A DNA stretch of 49,109 nucleotides from Microcoleaceae cyanobacterium (GCA_051652765.1 JBOFUV010000017.1:1-49109); one strand, 5' to 3'. Numbered from the stretch's first letter, positions 21,209-32,275 are shown. Notes: generated from the letters alone by a model not told the origin. A program made the numbers and translations.

Positions 21209-24200
21209 CTACTGGGGTACAACTGCAGGTGGACAAGATGGGTGACCCAAGCCCGCGCCTTGAGGGGTTGCGTGAGTGGGATGAGCGGTGAGAACGACTT
21301 GCCCGGTAGGTGTTATTTCCCATCCTTGAGCTTGCTGAACTACTGGACTATGCTCTCGCTGACGAACAATAACTGCTGGGTCATTTGTTCGTGAGGGTAG
21401 TTCTTGGGCTGTTTTCTGTTCTCGACTGCCTGATTCCCATTCGATTAATCCCTGCAATACAGTCAAAGGTTCAGTGGGACTCGGGGGCAAACCGCCTCGT
21501 CCAGTGACGATGAAAGAACTGCCTTTGGCCACTCGACCCTCTTCAGGAGCACAAAGATCCTGGGCAATGATTGAAGCTGCATCAAGAACATTGGTCGGCA
21601 GTTGGAGGATACCTTGGGCTGGGTCAACGGTAGTATCAATCTCAACAGTTCCATCAAATCCAAATTCTGAAGTTGCAGTGATCGCACTATCCCGGTCAAG
21701 AAACACTCCCTCAGACTGAATTTGAATGTTTCCTCCGGAACTCTCCACTGCGTTGGCACTGATTTGACTGTTTCGGGCGATCAGCAGGTCAGTGTTAAGG
21801 GTGATATTGCCGCCTGTGGCAGTTCCTGTGGCGTTCGTGGTCATCCTACTATCCTGTAACTCAATGAGCGGAACGTTCAGCGTAATGTTGCCCTCGCCAC
21901 TGGCGGTTTCAGCACTGAGGACTCCATTATTGTTCATGCTCAGCACGTTGGACTGAACGATTAAAGAACCTGCTGCTCCAGTTGCCGAACTACTGGCGGT
22001 GATTTCTGCATCCTCTTGTACCGTAATGCGATCGCTCTGAATTGAGATATTGCCCCCATCTCCTGTCCCACGCCCCAAATTAACGGCAGATAAATCCTGA
22101 ACAGCAGCCACAATCCCACTCGGAAGCTGACCATTGGCAGAGCGGCCTGTGAGTTCAATGTTGTCAACTCGAAGGGTTAAGTCTCCGCTACTGCCGGGGC
22201 CAGAGGTTCCTGCCCGAACTTGCCCCCCATCCCGAAGAATCAGGTTCTGAGCTTCAATGGTCATGTCACCCCCATTTCCGCCTTCATCCAAAAAGACTGA
22301 GGTGAAAAAGCTGCTCGGTAAAAATTCATTCCCAAACGCTCCTGTAATCTCAATCTCAGGGCTGCGAATAGTTAAATTACCACTGTTGCCTCCTCCGAAG
22401 GTTCCCGCGCCAATTTGGGCTCCGTCAGCTAGGGTAATCCGTTGAGCGTCAATCGATAGGTCTCCGCCCTGACCCGTACCCCCAACAACTGTTGTCAAGA
22501 TGCCGCTGGTAGATTGATAACCTAAGGCTTGAAAAAACGCCTGAAACTGGGGTGTTGAGTTGTTAACGGCCCCTGTCCCAACGGCTTCGATTTGATTGGC
22601 ACTGAGATTAATTGTTCCACCCTGACCTGAACCAAACACACTCGCCTGAATTAAAGCGCCACCCTGTAAACTCAGGCGTTGAGTGGTGGTAATCGCAATA
22701 CTTCCCCCGGCCCCAGCTCCAAAAGATTGAGTCACAATTCCACTGGGGGTCATCCCATCAGGAGAAATGCCACGGGCTGTCAGGGAATCGGCCCGAATAT
22801 TGATTTCTCCGCCTCGACCTGCACTGGTCGTGGAAGCCGCAATCACTCCCCCGTCTAGAAGCTGAATATTCAACGCATCAATGAATAAGTTTCCGGCTTG
22901 GCCCTTTCCATCGGTGTTCACGGTTGCTAAGGAGCCTCCTCTCACAATCAGGTTTTTGACTCCAAGCACCAAATTTCCGGCTGATCCACTGGCGAGGGTA
23001 CTTGCGGTTAACACGGCTTTGCTGTCGATCACCAGGTTATCTGCCAGGATGGTTAGATTTCCTGCCTGACCACTCCCAGCGGTGCTGGCCGTGGTTACAG
23101 CCCCGGTTTGCAAGGTCATGTCTCTGGTCTGAATGAACAAATCTCCCGCATTGCCAGTACCAATTGCACCAGGGGTGAGAAACGACAAATCTTCAACTTC
23201 GGCCACAATGCCACTCTGGAGGGGAATATCTGGGTTGGGAGACACTCCCGCCATGTCAATCACATCCACTACAACCCTCAAATTGCCGCTATCTCCTGGG
23301 CCTGAGGTTCCAGCTCGAACCTGGGCTCCATCCCGTAACACCAGGCGTTGAGCGTTGAGGGTTAAATCGCCTCCCGCTCCCGTGGCTCCCTCAAGAAAAA
23401 CAGATGTAAATAAACTACTAGGAGGAAAGCCCGCTCTTGAAACACCACGGGCTTGCACTGAATCAGCATTGACCGTGAGGTTGCCACTATTTCCCAAACC
23501 AAAGGTACCCGTGCCAATCCCGGCTCCATCTTCTAGGGTGATCCGTTGGGCATTGACTTCTATCTCGCCCCCCTGTCCTGAACCTCCCGGCAAGACAGTG
23601 GTGAGGATTCCACTGGGAACCTGAGCGTTTGAAGCGTCCTGAAGTAAAGAAAATACAGGGTCTGTACTTGCAAAGGGAATTGTCCCACTGGCTTGAATCT
23701 CATCCGCATTAACCGTAATCTGCCCACCGTTGCCAGACCCCAGAACATTCGAGCGAATGCCCCCGCCATCTCGCAGAATCAGTTGGGGTGTGTTGATCAG
23801 AATATCACCTGCATTGCCGCTAGCTATAGCTTGGACGTTAATCCCACTAGCAGTGGTATCGCTGGCCGGAGATATGCCGATCGCGGTAATGCGATCGCGC
23901 GCATTGACCTCTACATTGCCACCCCGACCAGAACTAAAGGTTGAGGCAACAACCAGACCTCCATTCTCGAGGGTCAGGTTTTGGGTGTTGATCTCAATAT
24001 TTCCTGCGTTTCCGCTTGACCCCAGACCTGCAGCACTGGAGAGGGTACTATCCAACAACTGAATGTCGTTGGCATTCACTAGAATAGTCCCAGCCTGTCC
24101 CCGGCCAAACGTTTCTGCGGCTACCCTAGCCCGGTTCTCCAGCAGGAGTTGGTTTGTCTCAATCTCAATATTGCCGCCATTGCCATCTTGAGGCAAATTT

Positions 24201-27151
24201 GTCCCTGCCGTGTTTGTTGTCAGAACAGCCTCGTTTTGAAGCGTAACCGTGTCACTTTTGATTGAAATATTGCCACTATCCCCACTGCCTCGGGTGGCGG
24301 CACTGATAGCCGCTCCGTTTTGCAGGGTAATCGTGTCACTGTTGAGGAAAATATTGCCACCTTGACCCCTTCCAACGGCTCCTTCAACTAAGACACTGAG
24401 GTCTTCTACTTCTGCCGTAATCCCACTGGCAAATAGGCCGGAAAAACCTGTCGCATGAACTTCACCCGCCGTGACCGTAATGTTGCCGCTGTTGCCGAAC
24501 CCAGACGTTCCCGCCCGAACTTGCCCACCATCGATTAGGGTGAGGCGAGGAGTATCCACGATTAAGTCTCCGCCCTGGCCTGTTGCACTGGGTAGTACAG
24601 AGGTGAACAGACTACTGGGTGGAAATCCCGCAACAGAAGTGCCCCGAGCTTCGATGAATTCACTGGCATTAGCAGTTAAGTTGCCGCTGTTGCCTGAACC
24701 AAAGGTTCCGGTTCCAATGACCCCTCCCTCGGTTAGAGTCAAGCGCTGAGTATTGACCGTTAATGCCCCCGCTGAACCTGTGGCTCCGGGTTCAACTAGG
24801 GCCAGAATCCCGCTGGGAAACCGTCCTCCCAGAAATTGTAGGATCAGGGATTGCTGCGGATCTGAACTTTGACCTGCCCCAGACCCCATCACTTGAATTT
24901 CTGGGGCGTTCACCGTTAGCGTGCCCCCCTGCCCAGAACTGAAGACGTTGGCTCCCAATTGAGCGCCATCTTGCAAGGTCAACCGTTCAGTTGTAATCGT
25001 TAAGTTGCCGCCATCCCCGGAACTGCCAGAGCCAACATCACTAAACAAGCCGCTAATGGTCGAACCGTCCAGAGACAGACCCATTGCTTTAACATCAACT
25101 GCATTCACCTCAATGTTGCCGCCCTTGCCGGGGCCAAAGGTTCCAGCCCGAATTTGTCCACCATTTTGTAAGGTGAGTTGGTGAGTATCAATCAGAATAT
25201 TCCCCCCATTACCCCTACCCAGGGAACCGGGAATAACATCACTTAAATTTTCCACTTCCGCCAGAATACTGCTGGGAAATCGACCGTTGTTAGAAATGCC
25301 ATCTAAGTGAATCTCATGGGCCTGAACCGTAACATTCCCACTATTGCCAACTCCGGAGGTTCCGGCTCTGACCTGGCCGCCATCCCGCAGATTCAGGGTT
25401 CGGGTTTCTATTCCCAGGTTTCCACCCTGGCCTGTTGCTCCCGCCAGAACAGAAGTCAGGATACTAGTGGGGAAAAATCCATCTGAAGACGTGCCAATCA
25501 CATTGATTTCATCAGCTCGAACGTGCAATTGACCGCTATTTCCTGGAGCATTAATCGTTCCGGCTGCCACCAATCCCCCGTTTTGCAGGGTTAGACGCGG
25601 AGTGTTAACGGTTAAATCTCCCCCTTGCCCAATGCCTCCTGAAAAGACTGTGGTGAGCAAACCGGCGGGAAATTGACCATTGAATAAAGCCAGGGTTTGG
25701 TTCACTTGAGGAAATAGGCTCTCGCCTGGAGTTGTCCCAATTGCCTCAATGGACTCAGAGGCATTGACGATCATATTTCCGCCCTTGGCATTGCCAAAAA
25801 CGGCTGAGCCAACTTGAGCACCGTCCCGTAAACTCAAAGTTCGAGTGTTGAGGGTTAAGTTCCCGGCTTGCCCTGTGGCTTCAGGAAATACATCGGTTCG
25901 GATTCCACTGGAACTGTCCTGCAATGCTCCAATGGCTACTATTTCATCCGCCTGAACCCTGAGTGCTCCCCCTATACCATCCCCCGCATTCACCGACTCA
26001 ATTTGGGCTCCATTGCTTAAAGATAAACGCCGGGTGTTAACCGTTAAGTTTCCGCCCTGGCCAGTTGCACCTAGTTCAACGCTGGTAGAAAGTCCTCCCG
26101 CAAACAAGGGACTGACAAAAGCCCCAGTTAACTCTACTTGGTCAGCATTAACGGTTAAGCTGCTACCCTGATCTGAACCCAGCAACCGAGTCACAATCGA
26201 GGAACCACTGGCTAGGACTAAACGCTCTGCTGTAACGGTTAGATCCCCACCGGCTCCGTTGCCTAACGTGTTCCCTGAAATCACTGAACCTTCTGTTAAA
26301 GCAATCAGTCGCCCAACCGCTTGAAGACTGCCTGATCCAGGGCCACTCACATTTATTAATGCACCGTTCCGGAGCCGAATGTCTAACGGATTGGCAACAC
26401 GGGAAAAGTCAAGGACATAGCCTGTTTCGGTTAAATTCAACCCGACCAAACTCTCAGCATCGGCGCTACCGAGTTCAATCCGTCCTTGAGAAGCCGTTAA
26501 AATCCCGCCATCTAGAACGACAGTTCTACCGACTAATCCCAAAGTTTGACCCGATGCAATTTGAAGTCCGACTCCATTGGCAACGGATTGATTGACAATG
26601 CTGCCTCGATTCAAGGCTTGTAATTGATTGAAGAATAGGGCAGACGGATTAACTGTTAAGAGGGGATTTTGATTGGGTTGAAGTGCGCTAAAAAATCCGT
26701 CTTCTCCTAAGCGAATCTCATCGGCAGTTGTTGCTAGAAAAGATCCCCGAATATCTAAACTAGAATTTGGGCCAAAGATAATTCCATTGGGGTTAATCAG
26801 AAATAAATTGGCGTTCCCTAAAACCCCTAATTGTCCGAAAATATTGCTGGGGTTTCTACCCGTCACTCGACTGAGAATATTCTGAATTCCATTGGGATTG
26901 ATGAAATAAACGCTACGATTCTCCCCAACATTAAACTCTTGGAAACTATGGAACAAGTTTGATCCGCGACTTGCTCCGCCTTCAATTTGATCCCGCCCCG
27001 AGTTGACGGGGTTCACTACAGACCGTTCTGAACCCAGGGTATTATCGGGAACAATCTGGGCTTGACTAGGCGTTAGATTGGCTAATATTAGGAGAGCCGG
27101 AGAGAGAAAAATAGTTGAGGAAAAAAGGGAGAACAGGCAATTACGAGTCAT
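21209..27151 (-). CDS. Filamentous haemagglutinin-family exoprotein (TPS N-terminal domain, beta-helical repeats)
   Basis: AQIVPD.TL, NLFHSF.EFNV, ANLFLINPNGI.FG; many G.GG.I.I repeats; C-terminal F.VTGRGGLP and AQGW. Confidence 0.92.
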   Translation of the reverse strand: MTRNCLFSLFSSTIFLSPALLILANLTPSQAQIVPDNTLGSERSVVNPVNSGRDQIEGGASRGSNLFHSFQEFNVGENRSVYFINPNGIQNILSRVTGRNPSNIFGQLGVLGNANLFLINPNGIIFGPNSSLDIRGSFLATTADEIRLGEDGFFSALQPNQNPLLTVNPSALFFNQLQALNRGSIVNQSVANGVGLQIASGQTLGLVGRTVVLDGGILTASQGRIELGSADAESLVGLNLTETGYVLDFSRVANPLDIRLRNGALINVSGPGSGSLQAVGRLIALTEGSVISGNTLGNGAGGDLTVTAERLVLASGSSIVTRLLGSDQGSSLTVNADQVELTGAFVSPLFAGGLSTSVELGATGQGGNLTVNTRRLSLSNGAQIESVNAGDGIGGALRVQADEIVAIGALQDSSSGIRTDVFPEATGQAGNLTLNTRTLSLRDGAQVGSAVFGNAKGGNMIVNASESIEAIGTTPGESLFPQVNQTLALFNGQFPAGLLTTVFSGGIGQGGDLTVNTPRLTLQNGGLVAAGTINAPGNSGQLHVRADEINVIGTSSDGFFPTSILTSVLAGATGQGGNLGIETRTLNLRDGGQVRAGTSGVGNSGNVTVQAHEIHLDGISNNGRFPSSILAEVENLSDVIPGSLGRGNGGNILIDTHQLTLQNGGQIRAGTFGPGKGGNIEVNAVDVKAMGLSLDGSTISGLFSDVGSGSSGDGGNLTITTERLTLQDGAQLGANVFSSGQGGTLTVNAPEIQVMGSGAGQSSDPQQSLILQFLGGRFPSGILALVEPGATGSAGALTVNTQRLTLTEGGVIGTGTFGSGNSGNLTANASEFIEARGTSVAGFPPSSLFTSVLPSATGQGGDLIVDTPRLTLIDGGQVRAGTSGFGNSGNITVTAGEVHATGFSGLFASGITAEVEDLSVLVEGAVGRGQGGNIFLNSDTITLQNGAAISAATRGSGDSGNISIKSDTVTLQNEAVLTTNTAGTNLPQDGNGGNIEIETNQLLLENRARVAAETFGRGQAGTILVNANDIQLLDSTLSSAAGLGSSGNAGNIEINTQNLTLENGGLVVASTFSSGRGGNVEVNARDRITAIGISPASDTTASGINVQAIASGNAGDILINTPQLILRDGGGIRSNVLGSGNGGQITVNADEIQASGTIPFASTDPVFSLLQDASNAQVPSGILTTVLPGGSGQGGEIEVNAQRITLEDGAGIGTGTFGLGNSGNLTVNADSVQARGVSRAGFPPSSLFTSVFLEGATGAGGDLTLNAQRLVLRDGAQVRAGTSGPGDSGNLRVVVDVIDMAGVSPNPDIPLQSGIVAEVEDLSFLTPGAIGTGNAGDLFIQTRDMTLQTGAVTTASTAGSGQAGNLTILADNLVIDSKAVLTASTLASGSAGNLVLGVKNLIVRGGSLATVNTDGKGQAGNLFIDALNIQLLDGGVIAASTTSAGRGGEINIRADSLTARGISPDGMTPSGIVTQSFGAGAGGSIAITTTQRLSLQGGALIQASVFGSGQGGTINLSANQIEAVGTGAVNNSTPQFQAFFQALGYQSTSGILTTVVGGTGQGGDLSIDAQRITLADGAQIGAGTFGGGNSGNLTIRSPEIEITGAFGNEFLPSSFFTSVFLDEGGNGGDMTIEAQNLILRDGGQVRAGTSGPGSSGDLTLRVDNIELTGRSANGQLPSGIVAAVQDLSAVNLGRGTGDGGNISIQSDRITVQEDAEITASSSATGAAGSLIVQSNVLSMNNNGVLSAETASGEGNITLNVPLIELQDSRMTTNATGTATGGNITLNTDLLIARNSQISANAVESSGGNIQIQSEGVFLDRDSAITATSEFGFDGTVEIDTTVDPAQGILQLPTNVLDAASIIAQDLCAPEEGRVAKGSSFIVTGRGGLPPSPTEPLTVLQGLIEWESGSREQKTAQELPSRTNDPAVIVRQREHSPVVQQAQGWEITPTGQVVLTAHPTHATPQGAGLGHPSCPPAVVPQ

Positions 27152-27489
27152 TCGGGTTGTTGCTCCAAGCTCAACGGATTCACATTAAATGAAGGCTAAC
27201 ATACCGAGGTTTATTCTGCCTGCTGATAGCAGAAATTTATAGAGAAAGTAAGGGATGATCTCCTGTTTCACGGTGTTAAAACATTGCCTATAACTTCTGA
27301 CTGGGTCAGGAAATCCTGCTTTATATCACTCGAACTCTGTGTTCTAAATCACCGAGTTGGGAGTAACATCTCACCATTTCCCTTTGAAATTATCACGGTG
27401 CTTCTGTCTGAAATGCCAGACAATAATTTGTAGAGCTAACTATAACAGATTCTAAATTTGAAGCATTGATACTGATTATGATGGGGACT

Positions 27490-27657
27490 ATGGCTAAAGT
27501 GTGTACTCAACCTCTGCGTTCTAATCCTTTTAACACCTATCGCGATCCTAAGACAGGGGAATGGGTCGTGGTGGTTGACTCCAGTTCCTCTACCCCCCGT
27601 GAACAGCAAGGGTCTCAAGCCCCGTCCACAAATTGCTCTACGACATCAACTGCATAA
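27490..27657 (+). CDS. Small hypothetical protein, about 55 aa
   Basis: Core NPF.TYRDP.TGEWVVV resembles a small cyanobacterial protein family; start uncertain (27466-27490). Confidence 0.5.
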   Translation: MAKVCTQPLRSNPFNTYRDPKTGEWVVVVDSSSSTPREQQGSQAPSTNCSTTSTA

Positions 27658-28017
27658 GTGCGGCTCACTCAGATATATGTTTTAACAGAGCAGAATAAAA
27701 ACTTACTAACAATGACTAAACTTTTACGACCAGAAGGCTGCATCTGTTATTTGACCGATTCCGAAGCCTCCAACCTTCAACCTCCTTCAAATGATCGTCG
27801 GGCAGCAGTGATCTCAAATCCGTCAGAAGTCTACTTTCCTCCGTTAAGGCACTCTCAACTCCGGGCTGAATCTTTACCCATTGCCCATCTGCAAAATGCT
27901 AAGTTGGCCATCCGACTGACCTACCTACAGCTCAATCATGGCCCTGTCTAAAAGCGTCTCCTGCTGCTTTTCACACTAATTTAAAGGTAAAAGACGATAC
28001 AAATCCTTGCATTAGTC

Positions 28018-28046
28018 CCCCAGTCCCCTGAACAAGGGGGCTGGGG
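28018..28046. terminator. GC-rich stem-loop between convergent genes
   Basis: CCCCAGTCCCCT-GAACA-AGGGGGCTGGGG; no clear U-tract. Confidence 0.35.
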
Positions 28047-28187
28047 AGATTGGGGAACTCTGATCCGTAGCCTATAACAGCAAGTTGGGATCAAAAACTT
28101 TGCCTGATCCTGCAATCAATCCACCAACAATCTTGGCAGTAACAACCTTGGTAAGGTCATACTCTCCTGTCACCCTTTGATACGGAA

Positions 28188-28664
28188 TTATGCAGCGACA
28201 AGCGCTTCTTTTAGAGGCTTCCAGCAAAAAGTGCGATCGCCACCCATCTCAATTGCCACTTTAACTCTAGGTTCAATCTGGGGGAGTTGAATTAGAAATT
28301 CAACCTCTTGGTTGGAGAGAATACACCCTTCAATAATCCACAGGAGCAGTCCCTTTGATTTGGCCGGAAGCTGTTCTAACTGGTAGTTTACAATGGGTGG
28401 CACAAAATAAACATTGCCCACTGCCGCCTCATTCCCACTACTTTTCTTCCCAAGATGAGGCGGACGAACTCCATGAACCCCCGTGAGGTAAGCCGCTAAA
28501 TCTCCCAAACCACGAGCAGTTAGGCTATAGGTGGTATACCCTTTAGCTCGTAGGCGACGTCGATATCGCCCCTCGAAACCACCCTCTAGAGGAACATAGA
28601 GTGCCAATGCACCGTAAGTTTCTAAGTCTTTGGCCAGTTGTCCACCTGTCGTAATCAGTGCCAT
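28188..28664 (-). CDS. ndhN: NDH-1 complex subunit N
   Basis: MALITTG..., PLEGGFEGRYRRRLRAKGY, TARGLGDL, GVRPPHLGK. Confidence 0.96.
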   Translation of the reverse strand: MALITTGGQLAKDLETYGALALYVPLEGGFEGRYRRRLRAKGYTTYSLTARGLGDLAAYLTGVHGVRPPHLGKKSSGNEAAVGNVYFVPPIVNYQLEQLPAKSKGLLLWIIEGCILSNQEVEFLIQLPQIEPRVKVAIEMGGDRTFCWKPLKEALVAA

Positions 28665-28758
28665 TGTGCCCTTCCAGAAAATTAACTACAGGATCTGCTT
28701 TAGTTGACCATTCTATCGTGTATTGCAGGGCTGAGAAAGAAGATGCTCAGAAAGAAGA

Positions 28759-29625
28759 TTAAGACTCTCGTGGAATTGAGCGACGGTACATTTCACAAAG
28801 ATGGGCAATGGTATCAATCAGGGTTAGTCGATAATCTAAGAGAATCTCTTCATTACGTCCTTCTAGTTTCAGTTGCTTTGAGAACGCATCCATCAACTCC
28901 ATGTGAATTTCAACGACTCGAGTGACTGAAATATCAGCGAAAAATGCGATGGTAACGTACTCATCAATTTTATTATTTAAATGTTTATCCTCTGCAAAAT
29001 AGCTTAGGATAATTTGACGATATTTTGACTCTAGCTGTTCTAAAATATCCTGTCGCTTTGCCGGAGGTAAGTTACGTAAAAAGTTTTGAGGATCTCTTTT
29101 GTAGTACACACCCAGATATCCCAAGCGCTCATTTAATTTTTCTGCCAGTCGCCGTTGCTGACGAACAATAAAGCTCGTTAACTGGATTGGAATGTCAGAA
29201 TGATTCGACTCCTCTGAAGGGTGAAGAGTAATTGCATGGGTAATAAACTGACTGATTGCTTTGTCCACATAGCTGCTAACTTGATTAACTTGATTCGGAC
29301 TGAGATAAATTTCGCTGGTATGGTAAATCGGCTCGGATGACTGAAGCCTGAGGTCTTCTGAAAAGTTTGCTCCTGGCTGCAAAATGACAACGGGTACAAC
29401 AACATCTTGCAGCATGATCTGGCGCATTAAATCTGGCAGGTCTGAGTCAGCCTGCATGATCAAGCAGTCGAGTTGCTGCTGCTCCTGATGAACATACTGA
29501 ATCAGATCCTCAGATGAAAAAACCCGAGTTACGATGTAGTGATCGCCGGGTAAATTGGCCATCACAGCATCCGCCAACTCAGACGCTGACACAAACACGC
29601 ACAACGAGAGCTGCGGTTGTAACAC
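28759..29625 (-). CDS. kaiA: Circadian clock protein KaiA, full length; GTG start at 29625 preferred, ORF open to 29694
   Basis: Pseudo-receiver N-terminus; RLGYLGVYYKR, EIHMELMD.FSKQLKLEGR, LLDYRLTLID.IAHLCEMYRRSIPRES. Confidence 0.96.
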   Translation of the reverse strand: MLQPQLSLCVFVSASELADAVMANLPGDHYIVTRVFSSEDLIQYVHQEQQQLDCLIMQADSDLPDLMRQIMLQDVVVPVVILQPGANFSEDLRLQSSEPIYHTSEIYLSPNQVNQVSSYVDKAISQFITHAITLHPSEESNHSDIPIQLTSFIVRQQRRLAEKLNERLGYLGVYYKRDPQNFLRNLPPAKRQDILEQLESKYRQIILSYFAEDKHLNNKIDEYVTIAFFADISVTRVVEIHMELMDAFSKQLKLEGRNEEILLDYRLTLIDTIAHLCEMYRRSIPRES

Positions 29626-29950
29626 GGGGGGAGAACTCAACGTTGAAGAACTGAACACAGAAACGATGAAAGAGTTATTCAAATAGCCTAACACTTCGTA
29701 ATTTTACACTATGTTTAGTGACAAAATTTAATAATTCTTAACTTTTGGCAGGAGGACGCTCAATTGTGTATTTGTCCCTAGCTAACTTCCAGTCAATACT
29801 CGTGAACCTGGCACAGCCACCCTCCTACTCACTCCCGGCAATGATCTGGAACCTCTTGGAACCTCTGACTCAGGAGTGAGAGAAACGGTATCCGCAGACC
29901 CTATCGCAGACCTCAAAGTACCCATATTGAAAATTCAGGGTTGTGACTCC

Positions 29951-31660
29951 CTACTGATTCACACAGTTTGCCTCCAGCACAATCAGGTTTGGTGTCTCAA
30001 AAATCTTACATAGATTTATTTTCTGTAAAAGAATGGGTTGGGATTGAGTTGCCAGCAGTTGAGTAACGTCTTGGGCCAAGTCTTCCCACTGAATAAACCA
30101 AGAATTCTCTGTCACATATTCTGCTTCAAAGGCATCTCGTTCGAGAACAAAAAAATCCACTCCATAGGTTGTAATAAACTCTCGAATAACTTGAGGATCT
30201 GAACTGTAATGAGCTTGAATTAAGTCTCTGGCTCGTTGGCGAATCTGGCGATAATATCCCATTTTATACGGTAAAGCGTGTTCCCAGGAAACAAGAACAG
30301 GACGTTGAGCAAATGTAGGTAAATTATCCGCTTCAATCGCTAAGGACGCGATCAAACTTGCTTTCGGTTGATTTTGCAAAAACAGATACAAGCCTGATTC
30401 TGATCCCACTAAATATTGACTGCGAGGAAAGGCATCTTGCCAAACTAATTTAGGATAAAAAATCAGTAAAATCCCCAAACCAATTGTGATCAACAGCGGC
30501 ATGATTGGAGATCGAGAACATGCCTTAAACACTCCATCGAGAGCAAGCACAATGAAAATTGCAGTGGCGATCGCCAGAGTTATTCTTAAACTATGACTGG
30601 TGTAACGACTGGGAAGGTAAAGCTTAAATAGTATTCCATGGGCCATAAAAAACAGGATAAAAGATGAGAGCAAAAGCTGCGGCAAGATTGCAACATCCTG
30701 CTTGACTTTTTTGGTCAAGGGGAAAAATTGAGGAACTCTTAATGCAATTGGCAATAACAATCCCAAAGCAACCAGAGGAGGATTTAACGACAACTTAATC
30801 CCACTGCGGCTATTTTTAAACCAAAAATTCCAAAAACTATCTTCATAGAAAAAAGCTGTTCTACCATTTTCTAGAAACTCTGGCATCATCCGGGCTTCCG
30901 AGGCGATCGCTGTCGGCCCAAATTCCGAAGCTTGGCCCGCATAGAATAAGATAATACTAACCGTAACTCCCATTCCCACAGCAAACAAAAGGTAATCTTT
31001 TGAGGTGCGAGTCAGGGTAAATTTCCAATCTCGCCAACAGATTAAACGTAAACATAAAATCCCCGCCGCAATTAATAACATTGGTGCATAACACAACCCA
31101 GTCAGGAGTAGGCTAATGCCAACTCCCCAACTTGATCGGCGGAGTAGATAGTAAAGAAATGCCAAAAAAGTTGGATACAAAAATGCTGTACTGGTTGCAG
31201 TCACCAACTCCCCATGGAGCCATAAATTTTGGTTGAGTAATAATGATCCGATAAAGCCAACCATTGGGACAGGTAATAATTCTAGACCGATCAAAAAACA
31301 ATATCCTGTTGTGATTAATCCAAGGACAAGCGGAAGTAATTTACTCAAGACAAGCGGTTCAATGCCCAAGCGGTTCATCAACCTATAGATTGTTGTCACT
31401 CCCGGTGCTGTTACTGACTGGTAGAAATTGGCAATTAAATCATCCGGAAACAATTCTGGATCGACAAACCGCTGCATCCAAAATAAATGTTGACGGGCAT
31501 CATCCATTACTAAATAGTCACTTTGAAAGGCAGCATTGAGGGCGGGAATGGCAAAGCTAATTGAGAGTACTAAGCTCAGACCAAGCCAAAATAAGATACG
31601 GGAGTTCAGTGGGTTTGTCTCCGAACCCATTAAGAATTTTTCTAGGCGTTTAAAGAGCAT
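29951..31660 (-). CDS. Polytopic membrane protein, possibly GT-C glycosyltransferase-like
   Basis: About 10 hydrophobic segments; DDARQH.FWM..F.DP.LF.DDLIA loop; LPSRY motif. Confidence 0.7.
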   Translation of the reverse strand: MLFKRLEKFLMGSETNPLNSRILFWLGLSLVLSISFAIPALNAAFQSDYLVMDDARQHLFWMQRFVDPELFPDDLIANFYQSVTAPGVTTIYRLMNRLGIEPLVLSKLLPLVLGLITTGYCFLIGLELLPVPMVGFIGSLLLNQNLWLHGELVTATSTAFLYPTFLAFLYYLLRRSSWGVGISLLLTGLCYAPMLLIAAGILCLRLICWRDWKFTLTRTSKDYLLFAVGMGVTVSIILFYAGQASEFGPTAIASEARMMPEFLENGRTAFFYEDSFWNFWFKNSRSGIKLSLNPPLVALGLLLPIALRVPQFFPLTKKVKQDVAILPQLLLSSFILFFMAHGILFKLYLPSRYTSHSLRITLAIATAIFIVLALDGVFKACSRSPIMPLLITIGLGILLIFYPKLVWQDAFPRSQYLVGSESGLYLFLQNQPKASLIASLAIEADNLPTFAQRPVLVSWEHALPYKMGYYRQIRQRARDLIQAHYSSDPQVIREFITTYGVDFFVLERDAFEAEYVTENSWFIQWEDLAQDVTQLLATQSQPILLQKINLCKIFETPNLIVLEANCVNQ

Positions 31661-31855
31661 TTAATGTGCATCCCAACAACGAAGCTGATCGCGAGTATTT
31701 TGACCTGCAAAGATCTTTGAAGATTGTTAAGGATCTTTGAAGATCTTCAAATCATCCTACCGCACCCATTTGTACTTTTATTCCGGTTACTTTCAGGATT
31801 GAGCCAAGTTATTAAGCCAAGTTATAATTGTGCTGGCGATCGCCCAAACTGACAA

Positions 31856-32275
31856 TCAAGAATTCCAGCACCCTGTGAGAATTTCTATGCCGCCCAAGGC
31901 TTGAATTTTTTCAAATTCCATCCAGTAGGCCCAAACTTGCCCTAATCCTTGGCCCTCAGGGGTGTAAACCAGGATCTGTTGACGATGATACTCGTTCTCT
32001 TCAACGGTATGATTGGGGTGATAGCCTTCCAATTCGTCCAACTCGGTCAAGAGTTGCCGATCTGTAAACGTCAGCACAACACCCTGAATAATGGCTTCTC
32101 CCTGGGTCATGGCCGGATACCCAAGGGAAAGATTGAATAGTCTGCCCTGGGCGATCGCAGATTGACTTTGTACTTGACGATGGGCACAATATCGCTGGTA
32201 ATTGATTTCTCCGGGTTTCAATGTGCCGTAGACAAAAACATGAATCGGCTCTGTCTGGGTGAGTTTTGTTAACAT
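31856..32275 (-). CDS. Gamma-glutamylcyclotransferase (AIG2-like)
   Basis: VFVYGTLKPG, GYPAM, LDELEGY, Y.R. Confidence 0.9.
   Translation of the reverse strand: MLTKLTQTEPIHVFVYGTLKPGEINYQRYCAHRQVQSQSAIAQGRLFNLSLGYPAMTQGEAIIQGVVLTFTDRQLLTELDELEGYHPNHTVEENEYHRQQILVYTPEGQGLGQVWAYWMEFEKIQALGGIEILTGCWNS

Noticed and set aside
21463..26595. Many short ORFs within the haemagglutinin gene (and similar ones inside other long genes)
   Set aside because: Shadow frames of well-supported genes
27658..27951. 97-aa ORF
   Set aside because: No motif, weak start, likely intergenic
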